Shown: positions 58,617-64,000 of the stretch, one piece after another | Layout: every line of letters begins with the position of its first letter | Position numbering within the stretch: the stretch's first letter is position 1 | Assembly: GCA_963804085.1 (NCBI GenBank) | Contig: CAWDOQ010000010.1 | Coordinates: 64,001-128,000, forward strand | Direction: 5' to 3' | DNA from: Chlamydiia bacterium | GTDB lineage: Bacteria; Chlamydiota; Chlamydiia; Chlamydiales; Rhabdochlamydiaceae | Length of the DNA: 64,000 nt | The notes under the pieces: model-generated | The model's database searches: none | Told to the model about the DNA's origin: nothing | The model's input: the letters and a program-made list of their open reading frames with translations, nothing else | Program-made: the position numbers and the translations under genes

Positions 58617-59810
58617 TTATACAGCGTAATCGGCGATGAGTAACGTACATCGCAAACAGACGTTGCTATAAGATACTAAGAGAGCTTCCTGCTCTTGTTG
58701 AGTGTGTGTTACATACTGAGTCGCGTAAATTGCGTGTGATTTACTAAACCAACCCGTTTCGTTGCTTAGATAAGAGTAGAGATGCGCCTTAAGTGTGGGA
58801 TAGAAATTTCTGAGAGTGGCTTCATAATGCATAGAGTTTTGTACTGTATTCATCTCCACAGGAATGCCGAGAGGGATAAGAGTGAGAGGAATTGCTTTGA
58901 TGTCTGTTTGTTTCCCTCGGGCGGTGAGCGTCCATTCAAAATCGTCTTCTAAGATCTTCTTGCGCCAGAAAACAACTGGGAAGATATCATTGAGGAGAGA
59001 GACCGCCTCCGGTAAAACGCGTTTTTGCAGTTTTTTTGTAAAAAACTCCTGAAGTATTTGACTTCTTGCAACCAATCCTATGTTCGGAAGAAGTTCATGC
59101 GCGACCTTTTGGATTTTTTCGGCCTCATCTACCAGTTGTCTGATGTTTTTTGCCGGGAATACGACAGCTTCATTGGGCAGCATGAAATAGACTCCTTTTG
59201 TTTGGATACAATGGAGCAGAGGAGCGATTGAAGCACTCTCAGACAAAAATGCAACCAACTTCAATGATACATCGAGAACAATTCCACTACTTGCGCATAA
59301 GGCTTTAAGCACATCCTCCGCAAAAAAATCATTCTGTTTCATAGCAGAATTGAGCTGTTCGTATGAAATGTTAAAAAGAAAAATCGTGTGGTTGCGCTCA
59401 TCGGGATCATATTCTGAAAAATTTGCATCGGCCACGTTCTTTAATCGTACCATTAAGGGGGTTCTGTCTTCCTTTATCATGCGAGTAAGAAAGGGAACAA
59501 CTTTAGAGGTTCTTCCGCCAAATTGTGTAAGAGCCACTCCTCTTGCTTCTAGCGGAAATTGCAGCTCTTCCAAAGATTCAAGCGCTCTATCACAGGCACT
59601 AGATATTTTTTCTAGTTTAATACGTTGTATGACAGATAAGAGAAAAGATGGGCCAAACTTTATGTATCCGCTTTCAAGGAGGCTCTCTTCAAGGTCGAGA
59701 CCGAGCTCGACTTGGTCTAGGATCTCATCAGGAGAAGTAAAATCTCGACCAACTTGAGCAAAAGAATCTTCTGTCTCCCATAAACGGTCCTTAACAGAGC
59801 GCACACTCAT
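58617..59810 (-). CDS. Hypothetical protein
   Basis: 397-aa ORF with GGAGG RBS. Confidence 0.65.
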   Translation of the reverse strand: MSVRSVKDRLWETEDSFAQVGRDFTSPDEILDQVELGLDLEESLLESGYIKFGPSFLLSVIQRIKLEKISSACDRALESLEELQFPLEARGVALTQFGGRTSKVVPFLTRMIKEDRTPLMVRLKNVADANFSEYDPDERNHTIFLFNISYEQLNSAMKQNDFFAEDVLKALCASSGIVLDVSLKLVAFLSESASIAPLLHCIQTKGVYFMLPNEAVVFPAKNIRQLVDEAEKIQKVAHELLPNIGLVARSQILQEFFTKKLQKRVLPEAVSLLNDIFPVVFWRKKILEDDFEWTLTARGKQTDIKAIPLTLIPLGIPVEMNTVQNSMHYEATLRNFYPTLKAHLYSYLSNETGWFSKSHAIYATQYVTHTQQEQEALLVSYSNVCLRCTLLIADYAV

Positions 59811-60098
59811 TTTTGCCCTCCCTTATGTTAAAACAACTTCGGACTAGAAAGTGTAGCATGCTCATTTTTTTTAGAGATAGAGTCAATTGGCTCGGTAGTA
59901 AAACGGTTGGTCACTTTGAGATGCGGCTCGCGCGAAGCGTTTCAGACATATTCTAGTTTTCTACACCTAACTGAAAACTTGCCTCCGAAAGAAGATGTTA
60001 TGGAAGCTTGAGGGACGAGTTAAAACAGAAAAAACTGGTCAAACTATCCGGAAAGCTCCTAAGCTGATGAAAGCTAATTTCTTTAAATTCTATACTTG

Positions 60099-60791
60099 AT
60101 GTCCAAAAAGCCAGTAAGCAGACTAGAAATACTCTTTCCATCCCGAAAGCGAATATGGGTAACGGGTTTTCCTGAATGTATTCTTAAAGATGATCTATGG
60201 AAACTGTTTCGACCATTTGGTGATATTGATTCAATATCGATCGTACGCAACTGCATGAAGCAGCCAATAGCATTCATTGATATGAAAAATTCTTCGGATG
60301 CTCAGAGAGCAATTCGGGATTTGGACAAGCAGTTTTTCTTAGGTAGGAATATTACCGTACGCGAATCGCAACAAAAATTTTATGAGGAAAGGTTTATTTA
60401 CGCGTTGTTAAGTTTTGATAAACGTGAGTGTTATATTGGGGAGACATGCGATACAATAAAGCGTTTCCGCCAGCATTTAAACGGGAAAGGAGACAAATCG
60501 ACGTCTTCGTGGATTTTAACTTTAAAGGATAGCAAACCAAAGCCAATAATCCTGGAGATCGTACAGCCAGGCTATGATGCTCATTTTCAAGCAAATTTTC
60601 TAGAGACAGTGTGGCGCCTAGTGGCCAGTATATGTTGTTGGGAGGTGATCAATTTTCCTTTCCTTTCGGATATCAGAGAAGAACTTAAAGCAGCAGTCAC
60701 ACCTAGAATTAGTAAATGGTTGCAAATTCTCGACAAGGTATCCGAAATCTCGCTGCTTGAAGAACAATGCACCGCGAGGCGCCCTAACTAA
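60099..60791 (+). CDS. RRM (RNA-binding) plus GIY-YIG nuclease fusion
   Basis: IWVTGFP...LFRPFG...IAFIDM...AQRAI; then FIYAL...CYIGET...RFRQH...LE. Confidence 0.7.
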   Translation: MSKKPVSRLEILFPSRKRIWVTGFPECILKDDLWKLFRPFGDIDSISIVRNCMKQPIAFIDMKNSSDAQRAIRDLDKQFFLGRNITVRESQQKFYEERFIYALLSFDKRECYIGETCDTIKRFRQHLNGKGDKSTSSWILTLKDSKPKPIILEIVQPGYDAHFQANFLETVWRLVASICCWEVINFPFLSDIREELKAAVTPRISKWLQILDKVSEISLLEEQCTARRPN

Positions 60792-60802
60792 CTCAGCATT
60801 TG

Positions 60803-61576
60803 CTACGCAACGAGAATATCGCGAGCTTTCTCTCTTTCCGTCCAGAGAATGGGTGTCGATTCATAATTCCGAAGAGCATCTATTGTGGAACTTGAGATAG
60901 TTGTGCTTGTATCATTTAACAAAGCGAATAGCTTCGAGTCCGCAGGACGCGTTTCGCGCGTATCTAACCACTCGAACATCAATAACTCAACGGACTTTTT
61001 ATCTGGTGCATTTAAAACTTGGAGAAGCCTCTCTGGAGAATTGCGTGACTTTGGAATCACAAAATTGAACATATGATCGAACCCACTTTTCCCAGAGAAT
61101 TTGACCATCGGAACATAACGAATGTTCGCTGAATCCAGCCAACTGCCCACATCCTCGATAAAAAGACTTTTAACATTAGGCGTGGCGAGATAGAAAAGAT
61201 CGTTGATGGCCAACATTGCTTGGATCAAGCTGTGCTTTTTCAGCGCAAAATCATGCAAAGATGCATGCACAATGAGTTGATCATCTTCCAGAAGGACTCC
61301 AAACCCACTAATGCAGGTTTTGAGCATACTTTGACGCCTCGGAGTCTTCAGTTCACACCCCGAACTAATCAAATCATTGAGAATATAACCATCATCGGTA
61401 AGCAAAAAACCATCACCCTGTTTCTTTACATATATTTGAAGACAATCATTGTGACGATCAAGATGCGGGGTGGTAATTTGGACCCATTGATTATCAATCT
61501 CTTTGAGAACAGTTTTGTCTTTCAGCCAAACGAAGTAGTTCTGCATAAGGGCGTCGATGTCCCTCTTAATGCTCAT
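60803..61576 (-). CDS. DUF1828/DUF1829-like protein
   Basis: ITTP.LDRHND..QIY, LTDDG, GKSG..H.F; family recalled from motifs. Confidence 0.8.
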   Translation of the reverse strand: MSIKRDIDALMQNYFVWLKDKTVLKEIDNQWVQITTPHLDRHNDCLQIYVKKQGDGFLLTDDGYILNDLISSGCELKTPRRQSMLKTCISGFGVLLEDDQLIVHASLHDFALKKHSLIQAMLAINDLFYLATPNVKSLFIEDVGSWLDSANIRYVPMVKFSGKSGFDHMFNFVIPKSRNSPERLLQVLNAPDKKSVELLMFEWLDTRETRPADSKLFALLNDTSTTISSSTIDALRNYESTPILWTEREKARDILVA

Positions 61577-62027
61577 GTAATCCCTCGATATAAGGTTCTT
61601 CTACGATATTGCAGTATTCAAAAAATTCTTCAAGGGTTTTCCGAATATTCGTCAGGTCAGAAAATTCTTTGGGCAGCTCATAAGCCCACTTATCTCCGTA
61701 ACCCTCTCGATATAGATGGATATGCGGACACAAAATCTCAACTCCATCGGGATTTCGATGAGGGGAACCCCCAAGATCAAGGCGCACCAGTACTGTGTTT
61801 TTTCTTGCTCTTTTTTGAAATGTGTTCTTTCTCATTTCAATGCGACTACGCGAAATATCTAACCCAAAATGTTCATGGGACTCCTTGGACCTAAGCAAAA
61901 CCCGCAAACTGCCTCCCGAAATAGGAAACTGATGCCGCAGATCATCACAACGGTATTTTGCCATCTTTAGCAAAGCGTCAGCTTCACCTTGAGCCATTTC
62001 AGACATGCGAAAGCTATGCCAATTCAA
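61566..62027 (-). CDS. DUF6978-like protein
   Basis: LVRLD...PHRNPDG...CPHIHLYREGYGDKWA; overlaps the DUF1828/1829 gene. Confidence 0.7.
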   Translation of the reverse strand: MNWHSFRMSEMAQGEADALLKMAKYRCDDLRHQFPISGGSLRVLLRSKESHEHFGLDISRSRIEMRKNTFQKRARKNTVLVRLDLGGSPHRNPDGVEILCPHIHLYREGYGDKWAYELPKEFSDLTNIRKTLEEFFEYCNIVEEPYIEGLHEH

Positions 62028-62418
62028 TTCTTAAGAAAAGAGAATTCTAAGCTATAGAATGATTGAAAACAAGATGCTCTTATTTCTCACTGTTGACTTG
62101 GAGCTTCGAAAACTAGTCCCTTTCCGCCCGCCATTTTCATCGAACAGGTTAGGAAGATACGACTTGATGGACTCAAACCATCGATCCCCTTATTAAAAGT
62201 GAGGGCATTTCTCAACTCAACCAGCTTTATTCAACCCCTATGGGCATCACTATAAAGAATTTGAGTGTGGAATGCTACTGATTTTTCTGGGATAAAGAGG
62301 GTAAAAAATGCGGCACGGTGCACCGTTTATGCACCGTCTTTAAAACATGGTTACTTCTATTGAAGCAGCTAGTTTGAATCACTAAAAACTTAATTGGACA
62401 AATAGTCGTCTTCGCCTT

Positions 62419-64000
62419 TCACCTCTCGGATCTAGCTCCATGCTGAATTAACCAATCCAGCACATAACGAGGACATCTACCGAAATCTTTGGCCCAATCA
62501 AGAATTGTGCCACAATGAGGAGGACGGTTGCCATAATGGATTTTGGCATTGATATCAGCTCCTCGAGATAACAAAAACTCTAAGATCTCAAAGTTCTCAT
62601 CAAGCCTACGTTGATTCTCTACAGCTCCCATAAAAACTGTTGGAGCGCCATCGACTCCATCATGCCATTTACTCCAGGCGTTAACATCCATTTTTTGCTC
62701 ATCGATTAACCATTTCAGTAAATTCAAGTCACGACGAGCAGCACAATGTAATGCATTGCATCCCTGTGGAGTAAATTCATTCAAAGAAGCCCCTCTTTTT
62801 ACAAGTTCTTTTAACACGTCAATGTTGGCGGCGTGATAAGCTCGATGCAAAGGTTTCCAACCCTCATCATCAACTGCATGTAAATCAGCTCCCCTGTCAA
62901 GAAGTTCTAAAGCAATTTTTTTGTCATATATGCCCACATGTAATGGGGTTCTACCATATAAATCTTTCGCATGAACGTCAGCTCCTCCTTTTAGAAGAAT
63001 AGAAAGCGCTTCGCTGTCTTGAGATTGTACCGCATAATGCAATGGTGTTTGTCTTTGAGCTAACTTAATATCAACATCTGCGCCGGAATCGATTAGGAAT
63101 TGAAGAATTTTTGGGTGACAAAATGCTGCGGTGAGAGCACATTCCTTTGGCCTACTCCTAGATTCGCTTTGAGTTATTTCATTTATATTTACTCCGCTCG
63201 CAACCAACAATTTTACCGCATTTAGATCACCGCATTTAACTGCACAAAGAAGCGGGGGAATATTTTCTGGATTGTCGCCATACTTGATAAGGATATCGAT
63301 TAACTCTTGATTCTCGGTTTTTTGAGCATCACTTAGCATTTGAGAAAATGCGATTTTCTTATTCTCTTTTTTATGTGAGACTGTATCGACAGAAAAAGAA
63401 GTATTTAACGAACCGTTTGCTATAGCAGGTGTTCGAGCAACTTTTTCTATCTCCCACTTCAATTGCAATATCTTGACTTGTCCAGTTAATTGGTTGCCGC
63501 GAACCATCGCCATAAGCACATGTCCCGCCCCTTCCATCCATTTTCCGTTTTGGAATTGGTTTATCGAGTGATAAAGTCCAAGGAGAATTTGAATTACAAG
63601 TGAAGCGATTGCAAGTTCTAAACCACCATCCAGAAAAAGAACAAGGTAAAGAGCATTGTTGACAAGGCTCAGACAATGCTCTAGTGACTTTTGATATTCC
63701 CCGACATATAAATTCTGGACGAGGTGTGTAAGTTCGACAATAAGATCATGACCGGTTGTGATTAGCATTCCAAGTGGGTGGGCAAAAATTGTTCCAGCTA
63801 GAGCGATGATAGAGATGATGGTTTGAAGTAGCTCATACCCAATCTCCCCTGAACCACCCTTTTGAATTGCAGAAGTAAGGCAAAAGATCGAATGCACTGT
63901 CCGTACACCGCCCATAGCAAGTGAAAGCGGGAAACTAAGAGGTTTATAAAGACTAACAAAAGGTAGAGCGACCGTTCCAACTCTTTTGCATCCATCAAAC
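62419..64000 (-). CDS. Ankyrin-repeat protein with hydrophobic N-terminal region (partial, frame open to right edge)
   Basis: TPLHYAV, GRTPLH, GWKPLH, NALHCAA repeats; frame stays open beyond 63915. Confidence 0.85.
   Translation of the reverse strand, partial: FDGCKRVGTVALPFVSLYKPLSFPLSLAMGGVRTVHSIFCLTSAIQKGGSGEIGYELLQTIISIIALAGTIFAHPLGMLITTGHDLIVELTHLVQNLYVGEYQKSLEHCLSLVNNALYLVLFLDGGLELAIASLVIQILLGLYHSINQFQNGKWMEGAGHVLMAMVRGNQLTGQVKILQLKWEIEKVARTPAIANGSLNTSFSVDTVSHKKENKKIAFSQMLSDAQKTENQELIDILIKYGDNPENIPPLLCAVKCGDLNAVKLLVASGVNINEITQSESRSRPKECALTAAFCHPKILQFLIDSGADVDIKLAQRQTPLHYAVQSQDSEALSILLKGGADVHAKDLYGRTPLHVGIYDKKIALELLDRGADLHAVDDEGWKPLHRAYHAANIDVLKELVKRGASLNEFTPQGCNALHCAARRDLNLLKWLIDEQKMDVNAWSKWHDGVDGAPTVFMGAVENQRRLDENFEILEFLLSRGADINAKIHYGNRPPHCGTILDWAKDFGRCPRYVLDWLIQHGARSER

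Noticed and set aside
61220-61894. 224-aa plus-strand ORF
   Set aside because: Antisense to the DUF1828/1829-like and DUF6978-like genes, with no motifs of its own

Overview
Chromosomal window from an environmental Chlamydiota bacterium (Simkania/Rhabdochlamydia/Parachlamydia-like). The assignment rests on chlamydial gene orders (nifS-like-gpmA-rluB, DUF47-pit, hemH/fliY, sctJ-K-L-R-S-T, mcsA-mcsB), Lpg1974/MOMP-like porins and eukaryotic-like effectors. Housekeeping blocks (glgP, sthA, sufBCDS, rmlCDB-kdsB, pgeF, rsmB, tRNA-Thr) alternate with accessory genes: F-box, ankyrin, Inc-like and protease-like effectors, hicAB, an MNT antitoxin and a DUF4143 ATPase. An AT-richer accessory region fills the right end. 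The strongest direct observation is a 182-bp MITE with 24-bp terminal inverted repeats and a TCAA target-site duplication, inserted in frame in a glycosyltransferase gene (+62 codons, RPE-like). Other notable items: two families of intergenic palindromic repeats; a tandem porin duplication with variable loops and a pairing-conserved 5' hairpin; an RRM-GIY-YIG fusion beside a DUF6978/DUF1828-1829-like pair (candidate defence locus); candidate cysteine-protease effectors; a Bcs1-like IspD-SDR fusion; apparently leaderless promoters; and a C-rich/G-rich skew flip around insertion hot spots. Five single-base frameshifts in short homopolymers look like sequencing errors. Family names come from motif recognition, not database searches.
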